From Oligoflexales bacterium (GTDB lineage Bacteria > Bdellovibrionota_B > Oligoflexia > Oligoflexales > CAIYRB01): a stretch of 63,541 nt of DNA. The number at the start of each line of letters is the position of its first letter. Within the stretch, counting starts at the first letter, position 1. Below are positions 20,050 through 30,587 of the stretch, one piece after another. The notes beneath the pieces were generated by a model, which was not told the DNA's origin, searched no databases, and saw nothing but the letters and a program-made list of their open reading frames with translations. The DNA lies in NCBI GenBank assembly GCA_041736175.1, contig JBGSUI010000146.1, forward strand, positions 1-63,541. The letters run 5' to 3'. The translations under genes were made by a program, and so were the position numbers.

Positions 20050-21414
20050 ATGGGCAAAAACCAGACAAGTGAGGCCTCGTCTGCAGGTCGGTTTTCTATT
20101 GAACAACTCGGGACGCCCCAATACCCCTCCCCCCTCGAACGGGCAGTGGAGTTTTCCTTTGTCCGCGACCAGGATCGAATTGCCATGTCTCCCATCGTTG
20201 GCAAAACCCACCCCCTAAGTCTGGGTGGTGGCACCGCCAGTCCCATCTTGGATGATGAGAGCTTTGAAATTGCAGGGCCGCGGTCCAAAATCTTTTTTAA
20301 CCCTCCCAAGTGTAAAGCCGCCATCGTCACCTGTGGGGGCCTCTGCCCAGGGATTAATGCCGTGGTGCGCAGTCTCGTCCTGCTCCTTTGGTATCGCTAT
20401 AACTGCCGGCAGGTTATTGGGATTCGCTATGGATACAATGGTCTAAGCGATGATGCAGAACCACCCATCGACTTAAACCCCGAAGTCGTCTCGGCCATCC
20501 ACCATGATGGTGGGACGATTCTTGGCTCCTCCCGAGGGGCTCCCTCGGTCGAGACCATGGTGGACTACCTGGAAAAAAACGGGATCCACATGCTCTTTAC
20601 GATCGGCGGTGATGGCACCATGCGTGGAGCCTCACTCCTTTGGGAAGAGGTCAAACGCCGCGGACTCAAAATCGCTATCGTCAGCCTCCCAAAGACCATA
20701 GACAATGACATCCCCTTTGTGCGCCGTAGTTTTGGTTTTGAAACCGCCGTCGCCACCGCTACCCACGCGATCCACTCGGCCCATGTGGAAGCGACGGGGG
20801 TCCCTATGGGGATCGGTCTAGTCAAACTTATGGGGCGACATGCCGGTTATATTGCGGCAACAGCCTGCCTAGCGACCGGTCATGCCAATCTATGCCTGAT
20901 CCCTGAGGTCCCTTTTGATCTAGAAGGAGACAACGGTATCCTGGCCCTCCTGGAAAACCGAGTCAACCAACGCCGCCATGCGGTCGTCGTGGTGGCGGAG
21001 GGAGCGGGGCAAAAGTACGTCCTACCGGGAGCCAACCTAAAAGACGCCTCAGGCAACGCCAAATTGGGAGATATCGGCCATTTCCTCAGGGACCGCATCA
21101 ACCGACATTTCGCCGAAAAAAAGATGGATGTTACCCTTAAGTATATCGATCCGAGTTATATGATCCGCTCTGCTGCGGCCCACCCTAACGATCAGTTGCA
21201 CTGTGCTCGACTCGCCCAAAACGCCGTCCACGCCGCCATGGCTGGAAAGTCCGGTCTTTTGATCGGCTACTGGCACGGACTCATGACCCATGTGCCGACC
21301 AAAGCCTTGAATGGAATCAACCAGAGGATCAACCCCAAAGGTGAGCTATGGTTTAACGTCCTCGAAATGACTGGACAACCAACCCACCTTACGGGATCGT
21401 TAACAGGAGCTTAA
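20050..21414 (+). CDS. pfkA: ATP-dependent 6-phosphofructokinase (group X type)
   Basis: TCGGLCPG, GGTILGSSRG, GGDGT, PKTIDND, MGRHAG, KYIDPSYMIRS; GGAG before ATG 20050. Confidence 0.9.
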   Translation: MGKNQTSEASSAGRFSIEQLGTPQYPSPLERAVEFSFVRDQDRIAMSPIVGKTHPLSLGGGTASPILDDESFEIAGPRSKIFFNPPKCKAAIVTCGGLCPGINAVVRSLVLLLWYRYNCRQVIGIRYGYNGLSDDAEPPIDLNPEVVSAIHHDGGTILGSSRGAPSVETMVDYLEKNGIHMLFTIGGDGTMRGASLLWEEVKRRGLKIAIVSLPKTIDNDIPFVRRSFGFETAVATATHAIHSAHVEATGVPMGIGLVKLMGRHAGYIAATACLATGHANLCLIPEVPFDLEGDNGILALLENRVNQRRHAVVVVAEGAGQKYVLPGANLKDASGNAKLGDIGHFLRDRINRHFAEKKMDVTLKYIDPSYMIRSAAAHPNDQLHCARLAQNAVHAAMAGKSGLLIGYWHGLMTHVPTKALNGINQRINPKGELWFNVLEMTGQPTHLTGSLTGA

Positions 21415-21463
21415 ACAAGCCTAAAAGCCCCAAGTCGTCTTACCCTGATCGTAAAAGGCCGTC

Positions 21464-24082
21464 GTGAACTATCGTTGGGTGTTGCTGCTAAACTCTTTGT
21501 TTTTCTCATACCTGTGCCTTCCGGGGACAGTGCAGGCCCAGTCTGTGGCCGACCTCGCCACGGACCGCGCTCTCTTGGAACAGTATCGCCAAGATGTGGC
21601 CGCATCGAACATCGAAATCAACCAAAAGCTCTCGAAGATCACCGAAGAGTCTAAACAGCAATCAGCCGGGCTTACCAAAGCTGCTACAGTTCTCGCTGGT
21701 CCCGGTGCCTCCCCTTCCCAGGAGGAGGTGTTAGCTGCCTACAAACAGGTCATCACCCTCTGGAGGGAGCTTGCCGATCACACTTTTCTGAGGACTGTAA
21801 CGGAAAGCGTCACAATCCAGGCCTTGCCCCCCTTTCCCGAACCGCTTTTACAACTGATGGGCGACCAAAAAGAGGCACAGGACTACCGCACTGCTTATCA
21901 AGATGCCCTTAACGATGAGCAAAAACTTAGGCTGGCCAAGTCCCACTTTGACGAAGAAAGGATTGGTCTCCATGACAGACTTTTACTAAATGTGGGACGA
22001 ATCCGCGCCCGTACTCTATATGAATGGGGGCCGAAAAAAGCTCCCTTTGCCTTTGATCTAAGCAACGAGTATTTCGCAGACCTCCTGCGAGAGCTACGTC
22101 TGATCCCTTACCGCCCTTGGGTGTCACTCCATATACGACTGCTAGAAAACCGAGCACTCTTGGAGTCTGGAATTAGTGGGGTTTTGACCCTAGTCAACAG
22201 ATTTTTGTTGTTCATTGTGTTTGTGGTGACTCCGTTTTTGTCCTACTGGTTTTTAACACGGTTATCCTTGGGCCTAGACCGGCTAAGGACCTGGCTCTTA
22301 GACCCCCAGCACCGAGGCCCCTACAGCCTGAGGACAGCTCTTTGGATTCGCCGCGTCAATCCTTTTTTGCCATGGATCATCCTGGGACTGGGGGCCCACG
22401 TAGCCGCCTGGGTCGTCACGGGGACTGACCTGGCCGGGCTGGTAGAGCTGCTGCCCTTCCTATACTATTACTTTGTTTATAAAATATTTTTCCTTATCGT
22501 GGATCTATGGATGGTGGCCCTCAGCACCTCAATGGCGCGAGATGGTACCAATGGCGAGACGGCCCAACTCCTCGCTAGCACTGCCCGGTTGATCGGCCGG
22601 TTTCTACTGGTGGCAGCCTCCGTCATGCATGCCACCCAGTCGGTCGCCCTGACGGGGTTAGTGTACCATCTGGTCTGGGATCTTATTCGCTTTTTAGGGC
22701 CTATGCTCTTGGTCCTGGCAACCTACCGCTGGCGTGTAGAGCTGGGACAGAGGGCGGTGGAGCTGTTTCCCCACAAGGTGGGACAGACTCTAAACGATTG
22801 GTGCCAGTCACGGTTTAAGGGTCTCTTCGCCAGCCCTGCTACGGCCCTAGCGATCGCTGGAAATATGGCCTTTTTGCGGCTATACCGCGACGCTTCCCAG
22901 CTTGAAACGACCAAAAAACTCTCGGCGCAGATCTACCGACGTAGGCTCGAAGCCGCTGCCGCGCGCGAGGGCACCGCTGATCCCTTGATCACGGGCACGG
23001 CGGCCCAACAGTCCCTTGGGACCTATGCACGCTTCTTTAAACCAGGAGCTGGAAGCCCTAAGAGCAACGAGCTCCTGATGGTCCCCCAAGGTCTTAACCT
23101 TACCAAAATCTGTCAGACGATCACCGACTGGGAGTCCGAGGTTTGCGAAGAGCACACGATGATCATCCAAGGGATCAAAGGGAGCGGCAAATCATCCGTA
23201 CTAGACCTTATCGAAACCAAATGCCCTCACCTCACCGTGCGCCGCCTGGAGATCCCCGACAAAATCCTCGATCCATCGACGCTGCGAACCATCCTCGGGA
23301 AAACCCTGGGTACAGACCTGTCCCAAGGGGAGTCAAGCCTTAAAGCTTTTGACCGTGGGGTGAGCAAGACTCTGATCCTCCTAGACAACTGTCAAAATCT
23401 GTTTTTAGCAGAACAAGGTGGCTTTGCTGCCTTTGGAGAATTTATCTCCCTAGTCCGTAGCGAGACCAAAAACCTGTTTTGGTGTGCTGCTTTTAATCGC
23501 TACTCCTGGTCCTACCTCAATGCGGTCTCCAAGGGCTCGGGGAGTTTTAGATCGGTCGTATCTTTGAATCATTGGTGTGATCGAGATATCCAAAAAATGA
23601 TCCTTATGCGTCACCAGGCATCGGGATATGCCCTTGACTACGACCCACTGCTTTTTAGGGCCGAAAGATTTCCCAGGTTGGACCAGTACAAGGATTTCCA
23701 AGACCGGTTTTTCCAAATCCTCTGGGAGCAATCTAAGGGAAATCCACGGACGGCTATCGACCTTTGGCTATCGGCCCTCGGTGTCCGAGCAAAAAACAGA
23801 CTTGAGGTAAGCCTGCCTGCTCCCACAGGTCTGCGCCATGGGGATGCCCTACTCGACGACGATCTATTTGTCTACGCTGCACTGATACGCCACGAAAATC
23901 TGACCTTACAAGAAGCCCAAAAGGCGACCAATCTCCCAGAAAGTACGGTCCGAAGGGCCTTGGCTGCTGCTTTAGAGGATGAGACCATAACCGTTGATGT
24001 ACTCCGGCGTTACCGCATGCGCCCCCTGTGGCAAGCTGCTTTAACCCAACTACTGATCAACAAAAACTTTGTCTACGAGTGA
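21464..24082 (+). CDS. Multi-pass membrane protein with C-terminal P-loop ATPase domain
   Basis: Signal/coiled N-terminus, several TM helices, GIKGSGKS, LILLDN, SKGNPR; 3 nt upstream of mscS. Confidence 0.75.
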   Translation: MNYRWVLLLNSLFFSYLCLPGTVQAQSVADLATDRALLEQYRQDVAASNIEINQKLSKITEESKQQSAGLTKAATVLAGPGASPSQEEVLAAYKQVITLWRELADHTFLRTVTESVTIQALPPFPEPLLQLMGDQKEAQDYRTAYQDALNDEQKLRLAKSHFDEERIGLHDRLLLNVGRIRARTLYEWGPKKAPFAFDLSNEYFADLLRELRLIPYRPWVSLHIRLLENRALLESGISGVLTLVNRFLLFIVFVVTPFLSYWFLTRLSLGLDRLRTWLLDPQHRGPYSLRTALWIRRVNPFLPWIILGLGAHVAAWVVTGTDLAGLVELLPFLYYYFVYKIFFLIVDLWMVALSTSMARDGTNGETAQLLASTARLIGRFLLVAASVMHATQSVALTGLVYHLVWDLIRFLGPMLLVLATYRWRVELGQRAVELFPHKVGQTLNDWCQSRFKGLFASPATALAIAGNMAFLRLYRDASQLETTKKLSAQIYRRRLEAAAAREGTADPLITGTAAQQSLGTYARFFKPGAGSPKSNELLMVPQGLNLTKICQTITDWESEVCEEHTMIIQGIKGSGKSSVLDLIETKCPHLTVRRLEIPDKILDPSTLRTILGKTLGTDLSQGESSLKAFDRGVSKTLILLDNCQNLFLAEQGGFAAFGEFISLVRSETKNLFWCAAFNRYSWSYLNAVSKGSGSFRSVVSLNHWCDRDIQKMILMRHQASGYALDYDPLLFRAERFPRLDQYKDFQDRFFQILWEQSKGNPRTAIDLWLSALGVRAKNRLEVSLPAPTGLRHGDALLDDDLFVYAALIRHENLTLQEAQKATNLPESTVRRALAAALEDETITVDVLRRYRMRPLWQAALTQLLINKNFVYE

Positions 24083-24085
24083 CCG

Positions 24086-24913
24086 ATGGAATCTGACCTT
24101 CAAAGTTTGGCAAAAATCGGCGATCTAATTAACTTTGGCAAGATATTTCTGCTGATCCTGGGAATATCTCTCTTATGGTTTGTGGTCCATGTGATCAACA
24201 AAACCTCCAAAAGGTTTAGCGAAAGATTCCCATCTCGCCGGCTTTTAGTGCTCCAAGTGGTCACAGTGGTTTCGTTTATGATTTATATCATTGGTGGCGC
24301 TACCATTATTTACGGGGTGTTAGATCCAACCAAAGAACTCTTGATCGCCCTAGGCGGCAGCGCTGCCGTCGCCGTCGGTTTGTCCCTTAAAGACCTGGTG
24401 TCGTCCCTTGTGGCCGGCCTTATACTGTTATTTGATCGCCCCTTTCAGGTAGGAGACCGGGTGACCTTTGGCAGCACCTATGGCGAAATCCGCAGCATTG
24501 GACTGCGAGCGGTACGCCTAGTGACCCTCGACGACAATATCGTCACCATCCCAAATGCGAGGTTTATGACAGACGTGGTGGCCTCTGGAAATGCTGGGGC
24601 CCTGGATATGATGGTCTGCACCGACTTTTATGTGGCTCTTGATGCGGATCTCCGGCTAGCCAGAGATCTTGTTTATGAAATCTTGGTGACCAGCCGCTAT
24701 ATCTATCTCAAAAAACCCGTTGAAGTCACCGTCACCGAAAAATTCCTGGCCGAGCGACTGGCCATCGAGCTAAAGGCCAAAGCCTATGTCTTAGACGTCA
24801 AGTTTGAAAAAGCCTTCCAATCTGATACGGTCCTCCGTGTGGAGCAGGCCTTTTTAGAAAAAGCGATCCCTCGACCCCTCAAGGATCCACACTCCACTAG
24901 AGTCAACACTTAA
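24086..24913 (+). CDS. mscS: Small-conductance mechanosensitive channel family protein
   Basis: VGLSLKDLVSSLVAG, RPFQVGDRV, IGLRA, VTIPN. Confidence 0.88.
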   Translation: MESDLQSLAKIGDLINFGKIFLLILGISLLWFVVHVINKTSKRFSERFPSRRLLVLQVVTVVSFMIYIIGGATIIYGVLDPTKELLIALGGSAAVAVGLSLKDLVSSLVAGLILLFDRPFQVGDRVTFGSTYGEIRSIGLRAVRLVTLDDNIVTIPNARFMTDVVASGNAGALDMMVCTDFYVALDADLRLARDLVYEILVTSRYIYLKKPVEVTVTEKFLAERLAIELKAKAYVLDVKFEKAFQSDTVLRVEQAFLEKAIPRPLKDPHSTRVNT

Positions 24914-24930
24914 AAACGAGGTAACAGTCC

Positions 24931-26070
24931 ATGGGTGGCATGCTCAGCTGGATCCAACTCAACTCACAGGCCCTGAGGGAAAACTTCAAAAGCTTTAGGA
25001 TGCGCGCGGGCACCGCCTTCCTCGCGCCGGTGCTCAAGTCCAATGCCTACGGGCATGGTCTCGCCGAAGTCTACCGGATTTTAACCAGCGAAGATCTGAC
25101 TTGGATCTGTGTTAACTATCTATTTGAAGCCTGTGAGCTACGAAAATTAGGTTTTAAGGGCCGGATTCTTGTGGTGGGACCTGCCACCCCAGATGGCTGG
25201 GAGGAGGCCCTGAGCCTTAATGCCGAGCTGGTCATCGGCAATCAGGATCTGCTGTCAAGCTGGCTCGGACTGCAGACAAAACCGCTCCTCCATCTTAAGT
25301 TTGATACCGGCATGGGACGCCAGGGTTTCGCTCCAGTGGACGCTTCCAATCTTAGGGACACCCTTAGTGATCATCAGGCCCTCCACAAAATCGCCGGAGT
25401 CTGCACCCATTTTGCCAATGTAGAAGATGTCACCGACCAGTCCTATGCCCTGACCCAGATGGCCCGCTTTAAAACCGCCCAGGAGGTGTTTAAGCAGACT
25501 GGGTTGCCGATCCTTTACCATTGTGCGGCCAGTGCTTCCACGCTGATCCTCGACATCAGTCATATGGATTTGGTGCGGGTCGGCATCTCCCTCTACGGTC
25601 TCTGGCCGTCTTCACTCACCAGGGTGTCTTTTCTCCAGCAGCATCAGCAGCTATTAGACCTGAACCCAGTCCTTTCTTGGTATACCCAGATCACTACCCT
25701 TAAACAGATCCCCAAAGGACAGTTTATCGGCTATGGCTGCAGCTACCGGGCTGTCAGGGATATGAAAGTGGCCGTGCTCCCTGTGGGGTATTTTGAAGGT
25801 TACCCGCGGATCGCTGGGGAAAGCTCTAGTTTTGTCCTGATCGAAGGCCAAAGATGCCCTGTTGTCGGGCGAATCTGTATGAACATGATGATGGTCGACG
25901 TCACCCATGTGGATCATATCAAGGTCGGCACTACCGTTACGCTGATCGGCCGGGATGGTGGTGAGACGATATCGGCTGGAGATGTGGCGAGTTGGGCTAA
26001 AACCATCCACTACGAGGTGGTCACGGGGCTTCATCCAGCGATACCGCGAAGGACCACTGATCTGGCTTAA
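24931..26070 (+). CDS. alr: Alanine racemase
   Basis: VLKSNAYGHG, DTGMGRQG, THFA, VRVGISLYG, GRICMN, TIHYE. Confidence 0.95.
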   Translation: MGGMLSWIQLNSQALRENFKSFRMRAGTAFLAPVLKSNAYGHGLAEVYRILTSEDLTWICVNYLFEACELRKLGFKGRILVVGPATPDGWEEALSLNAELVIGNQDLLSSWLGLQTKPLLHLKFDTGMGRQGFAPVDASNLRDTLSDHQALHKIAGVCTHFANVEDVTDQSYALTQMARFKTAQEVFKQTGLPILYHCAASASTLILDISHMDLVRVGISLYGLWPSSLTRVSFLQQHQQLLDLNPVLSWYTQITTLKQIPKGQFIGYGCSYRAVRDMKVAVLPVGYFEGYPRIAGESSSFVLIEGQRCPVVGRICMNMMMVDVTHVDHIKVGTTVTLIGRDGGETISAGDVASWAKTIHYEVVTGLHPAIPRRTTDLA

Positions 26071-26096
26071 GGCGAATCTTGGTGAGGTAAGGCGTC

Positions 26097-28055
26097 TTAA
26101 TGGGCTAGGGGTTTACCTTGGGTTTTCTCGTAAACCACCATAAGGGAACCAAGGCAGTTTGACACCGATTTTTGCAAGTCCTTGAAGGCGTCAGATTGCA
26201 AATCTTTTGCCGTAACCCCGTATGTTTGGACTTCCTCCCGTTCCAAGATGACAATACCGCTTTCGGTCTCCTCGACCGACCTCGAAGCTTTGAACCATCG
26301 GCTATCCACGCTACAGGGTGGCACCGGATCACCAATGATTTTGGTATTGACCAGCTTGGTACGGGACTCGCGTCGTTGTGGTTTGCCCAAGGCTAAACCA
26401 GAAACCCTGTTGCTTAGGTCGATTTTCAGGAATTGACTTCCTACATTGAAAATCGGATAACCAGGCCCCGCCGTAGACCGGGGAATCTCTCGCTTGTCTT
26501 GTACTGACGCTGCCAAACGCAGATCCTTCACAATGCGCGAATTGAGGCTATAAGGCTCAACTTGTCCGGAGATGATCTCAGCCTCGTTGGCAGCGTAGCG
26601 TAAAATCATTTCATCTAGCTGATTTTTGCTAAAGCGCAGCTCTGCTCCTGTCAGGTTCTCAGCGCTGGCGCCAAAAGCTTGGTAAACATAATGTGATGTG
26701 GTCAGTTTTCGTTCGGGATCTGCATCCAGTTGGATCTCGATGAGTTCGCGATTGTCCTGGGGCAAGAGCGCTGGTGTAGCATCCTTGCGGGATTCTTGAC
26801 CCGCTAGAATGAGGGTCAGGCGTCCAGCGATATCAGGGCGAATGCCCTGGGCGCGACTGCTGAAATTGGTGGGATCAATATACCAGCCTTTTCCAGCATC
26901 ATCGATCACTCGCACAATGGCATGGTTGAACACTAGCGATGGTAGCGGCTGCGGATAGGATGGTATATCCCCACGGGAAACAAAGGCCACATGAGCCTTG
27001 TAGCCCATGGCTCGTAGCCCTGCGACGGTGATCAGGGAGAAATCTTTACAGTCGCCGTATTGAGTGGTTGCTATCTCTGTCAGAGGTCTAGCGACAAACC
27101 CACCGCGCACGGTACGCCAGTTTCCATGATAGCGAACCGCGGTGGCCAGGGCCGAAGTCAAGTCGTTGATACGGTCAAAAAACCCTGTGTGCGATGCCTT
27201 AGCCTTGCGCGCAAGATCCGCAAAGACGGGTGGATAGGACTTGGCCAACTCTTTTTCATATTCGGAGGAAAGTTTTTGCCCAATTTCGCGCCAGTCCCGA
27301 ACCGACGACAAGAACACTTTGGGGCATGGTTGATCTTCGAAGTATGTCTGATTGCCTTCGTTAACCACTTGGAAAAACACCGCCCGTTTCAGTTTGATCG
27401 TTGTGACTTGGTAACCGTATTCTTGAGACGTAGACACATCAAGATAGCCGTCAGGATCGACGATATGTGTGGTCAGTGGCAATTTTGATCTATAAACAAC
27501 ATGGCTTGGCTCAAGCACAGGACTGGTACAACCAAAGGAGACCTGCGACGAGTACTGGCCTTTCACCGGCACGTTTATGGTGTTGAGCGTCGTTTTATTA
27601 TAAAGTCTCGATCCAACTTGGACATCGGGGTATGCTATGCGCACGTTATGGATTTCATCATAGCCAACATCGGATGCCACCTCTGACTTGTCTTCGATTG
27701 CAGACGGTGGCACCTTCGTGACTTTACTTCCATTGGTGATCTCGGCTTTATGCAGGGTAAACTTAGCTGCTCCCGCATTATAGGACTTGCGCCAGGTCCC
27801 ATTTTGGTCACGACCGTCTGGTGTATTGATTTGTGTAAACTCGTCAATGTCTTCGGTCCAGGTGCCATCTGCTTCGATGGTCACCACCATACTGACTGAG
27901 ACTGCAGCGGGAGCTTCTTCTATCTTTTGCCAGCGCGCCCAAAGCACCTGGTTGCCTGAAAAAAAAGATGTCATTACCAGTATGATCAGACCAATTCTTT
28001 GTTTCAACTTTGTTCCTCCATCATGACCGTTGCCTTGCACCTGGGTAAGGCTCAT
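26097..28055 (-). CDS. DUF3857 / transglutaminase-like domain protein
   Basis: Signal peptide, YGDCKD, FNHAI, IDPT catalytic triad pattern. Confidence 0.82.
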   Translation of the reverse strand: MSLTQVQGNGHDGGTKLKQRIGLIILVMTSFFSGNQVLWARWQKIEEAPAAVSVSMVVTIEADGTWTEDIDEFTQINTPDGRDQNGTWRKSYNAGAAKFTLHKAEITNGSKVTKVPPSAIEDKSEVASDVGYDEIHNVRIAYPDVQVGSRLYNKTTLNTINVPVKGQYSSQVSFGCTSPVLEPSHVVYRSKLPLTTHIVDPDGYLDVSTSQEYGYQVTTIKLKRAVFFQVVNEGNQTYFEDQPCPKVFLSSVRDWREIGQKLSSEYEKELAKSYPPVFADLARKAKASHTGFFDRINDLTSALATAVRYHGNWRTVRGGFVARPLTEIATTQYGDCKDFSLITVAGLRAMGYKAHVAFVSRGDIPSYPQPLPSLVFNHAIVRVIDDAGKGWYIDPTNFSSRAQGIRPDIAGRLTLILAGQESRKDATPALLPQDNRELIEIQLDADPERKLTTSHYVYQAFGASAENLTGAELRFSKNQLDEMILRYAANEAEIISGQVEPYSLNSRIVKDLRLAASVQDKREIPRSTAGPGYPIFNVGSQFLKIDLSNRVSGLALGKPQRRESRTKLVNTKIIGDPVPPCSVDSRWFKASRSVEETESGIVILEREEVQTYGVTAKDLQSDAFKDLQKSVSNCLGSLMVVYEKTQGKPLAH

Positions 28056-28281
28056 CCTCTCGTTCGGGAAAAATCTGTTAGACTTAAGCGATTTCCTCCT
28101 AACTAACTAAAACAATTGTGATAGATCGAGGAAACGTTTGCTGGAGTAAATTCCTAAATAATATATATACTGATTTTTGTTTAATTATATGCTATAATTT
28201 TCATAAACGCCAGTTCCTGAGGAGGAGCCGGTGTCAGTTCGCGCTGCTTTTGTCGTCTCAAAGTTGTCACTGGAGGAACTC

Positions 28282-28815
28282 ATGTCTTTTCTTGCTAAGT
28301 TCGTGTCACCGCCCTTTCGCATCTTAGCGACCTTAACAATCTTACCCCTCGTCTTGTCAGCCTGCGGAAGTCCCAGGAGCCACCCTGCCACAGACTCCCA
28401 ACTCGAATGGGCCCCGGGTGTCAATGTCGCGATCGACCCTATGGCCATCACCAAAGAAATCCGCCAGGCCGTCGAGGGGCCGCAAAAACGCGACTCCTAT
28501 ATCAAGGGTCTTTGTGAGAGTAGTTTTTACGCAGTCAATGGTGCTGCCTATAAACAAAAAGTCAGTCCCTATAACATCATGGTCTTTAATATGGGTCTTG
28601 CCTACAAACAGGAACTCCGCGGCGTCCAGTATATGCAAACCTTTACCTATGATGGAACCACCTATGGAGTCTGGGCCTTTGAAGACGGGGCCTTTGAAAA
28701 CAAGGGTGATGGTGGGTATTCAAACTGGTGCATGATGGGTTGGCATGATCACCAGGAAGGCCAGGGGGCCAAGAGGGTCAACTTTACCAGACCCGCGGGC
28801 CTCTTCCGTCCTTAA
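28282..28815 (+). CDS. Lipoprotein with YvgO-like stress-protein domain
   Basis: GGAGG RBS, LSAC lipobox, YNIMVFN…YGVWAFEDGAFENKGDGGYSNW. Confidence 0.6.
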   Translation: MSFLAKFVSPPFRILATLTILPLVLSACGSPRSHPATDSQLEWAPGVNVAIDPMAITKEIRQAVEGPQKRDSYIKGLCESSFYAVNGAAYKQKVSPYNIMVFNMGLAYKQELRGVQYMQTFTYDGTTYGVWAFEDGAFENKGDGGYSNWCMMGWHDHQEGQGAKRVNFTRPAGLFRP

Positions 28816-28833
28816 GGTCTCAGCACTGCTCCG

Positions 28834-28852
28834 GGGCCTGGCAAACAGGCCC
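28834..28852. terminator. Hairpin between convergent genes
   Basis: GGGCCTG-GCAAA-CAGGCCC. Confidence 0.5.
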
Positions 28853-30271
28853 TTATAACCCACCTGAATGTTGCGAAAATACGAACCCCAGAAGATAAAA
28901 CGGAATGTTGATAAAGATTTGTTGGGGATTAGGTTTTCCCAATTCATTGCTAGAAACAACGGCCGCTAAAAAAGCTGGATGCACCGCTCCTACTGCATTA
29001 AATCGGTCGGTAAAAAAGCGCAAACTATGGGACACCTTTTGTTTTTTTCGTTTGGCATCAAAGACACACAAGGTTTCTTTATAAAAGAATATGGCATCAA
29101 GCTCGGCGCCTTCTGAGCTTTTTTTGTTCTCCCAAAAATAGACGTCCGGGGTTTTTTGGCTTGGATCCGTAGCATGGATGAGACTTAAATTTAGGAAGTA
29201 CTCTCCCAAAATCCCATCATTAGAATAAACAATCCGCCCATTGAGCAAGGACGGCAGACTGGTTTTAACAAGAGCATGAAAAAGACCCATATCGCACATG
29301 TAAAGACGAAAGTCCCTTTGATTTTTGCCACTTGAGAGAGGACTGTTTATGGCCGAAGTAAAATAAACCTTATAAACAAGACCGACCCCGACCAGGATTT
29401 GGATTGCAGATTTGATCGTTGAGCCCGCATGATGTGATATAGTATTGTATTGCACCCGTTTTGCAAGAATCTCAATTTGATCGAATATAGCATCGATCAC
29501 TTCTAGGGCCTCTTTGGAAATCCTGCCTAAGGTTCGGTGCTTTATAAAATCATCGCGAAACGAAGCTAATAGATTATTTTGTACCCGACGCACCTCGTGA
29601 ATATCCCTGTTTTTGATAAACCTGGCTACGCACTGTGGCATTCCACCACATAGCTCAAAGGTTATGGCATGGATAGTCATCGTCTTGTGAATCGGTTCGC
29701 AAAGCTTCGCCACCGACTCGATATTTTTATCCCGATGATCAACAGAGAGGATTCCTGCAGCAGCTTTTAATTTTTCTGTATAAAATTCCTCGCCCATAGC
29801 CCACAAGAACTCCTCAAAATCCATGGGCCTCATAAAAAAGTTTTCCACTCGTCCCACAGGAAACGAACCGACCTCGCCCAGCACCATTTCTAGGTAGCTG
29901 CCTGCAGCGACGACATGCAGGTACGGGAGCTTTTCCTTAAAAAACCTCAGTTTTTCAATAAGCTTAGGCGTAACCTGAATCTCATCAAAAAAGAGAGCTA
30001 ACCTTTGTGTTTGCCGTAAATCCGTTCTTAATTCTAAGGACAACAGATCAACGAGATCATTAAAATCTTCGGATGATTCAATGGTTTTTGCGAGACGTTC
30101 TTCTGCTTCAAAATTAAACACACGATAGGAATTTGAAAATGCCTCCTCTAGGAAGTGGGTGACAGAGTATGATTTTCCACACTGTCTTACTCCACGAACG
30201 ATTAAAACCAAGCGCTGGTCATCAGATTGGCTTTCCCAGACCCGCAAGAACTCGTCTACTTTTCTACGCAT
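28853..30271 (-). CDS. AAA_14/DUF4143 ATP-binding protein
   Basis: GVRQCGKS, FFDEIQ, AAGS, FPVGRV, GGMP, LYMCDMG, ELD; AT-rich. Confidence 0.88.
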   Translation of the reverse strand: MRRKVDEFLRVWESQSDDQRLVLIVRGVRQCGKSYSVTHFLEEAFSNSYRVFNFEAEERLAKTIESSEDFNDLVDLLSLELRTDLRQTQRLALFFDEIQVTPKLIEKLRFFKEKLPYLHVVAAGSYLEMVLGEVGSFPVGRVENFFMRPMDFEEFLWAMGEEFYTEKLKAAAGILSVDHRDKNIESVAKLCEPIHKTMTIHAITFELCGGMPQCVARFIKNRDIHEVRRVQNNLLASFRDDFIKHRTLGRISKEALEVIDAIFDQIEILAKRVQYNTISHHAGSTIKSAIQILVGVGLVYKVYFTSAINSPLSSGKNQRDFRLYMCDMGLFHALVKTSLPSLLNGRIVYSNDGILGEYFLNLSLIHATDPSQKTPDVYFWENKKSSEGAELDAIFFYKETLCVFDAKRKKQKVSHSLRFFTDRFNAVGAVHPAFLAAVVSSNELGKPNPQQIFINIPFYLLGFVFSQHSGGL

Positions 30272-30287
30272 CCCCCCCCCCCCCCCC
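30272..30287 (-). repeat. G16 homopolymer directly upstream of the ATPase start codon
   Basis: 16 consecutive C on the + strand. Confidence 0.9.
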
Positions 30288-30587
30288 TTTGGGTGGCGTC
30301 ATTTTCCTTATAACAAGTATACAAGGAATTTCAAAAGAGTACACCTAATCGATTGCGGTGTCCAGGGGGGTTTCATCAAAGTGCGATTGCGATATTTAGA
30401 GGGTTTAGGGCACCCTACGACTTCGATTTAGGGGGGGGTTCATAGAAATACCCCCCGTTCTCATGGGATTATCAATTATGTTAGGTAGATATCCCATCCA
30501 CACCCCAGAAATAAGCCGTGAAACCCAAGATTTTTTATCTCAGTCCGATAGACCTTCAGGAGATTAACCTTCTGGAGTTCGCCAAAA

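Noticed and set aside
19843..20330. Genuine long antisense overlap between the ATPase ORF and pfk
   Set aside because: Both ORF extensions are artefacts of longest-ORF calling. pfk starts at 20050 and ATPase similarity ends near 19940.
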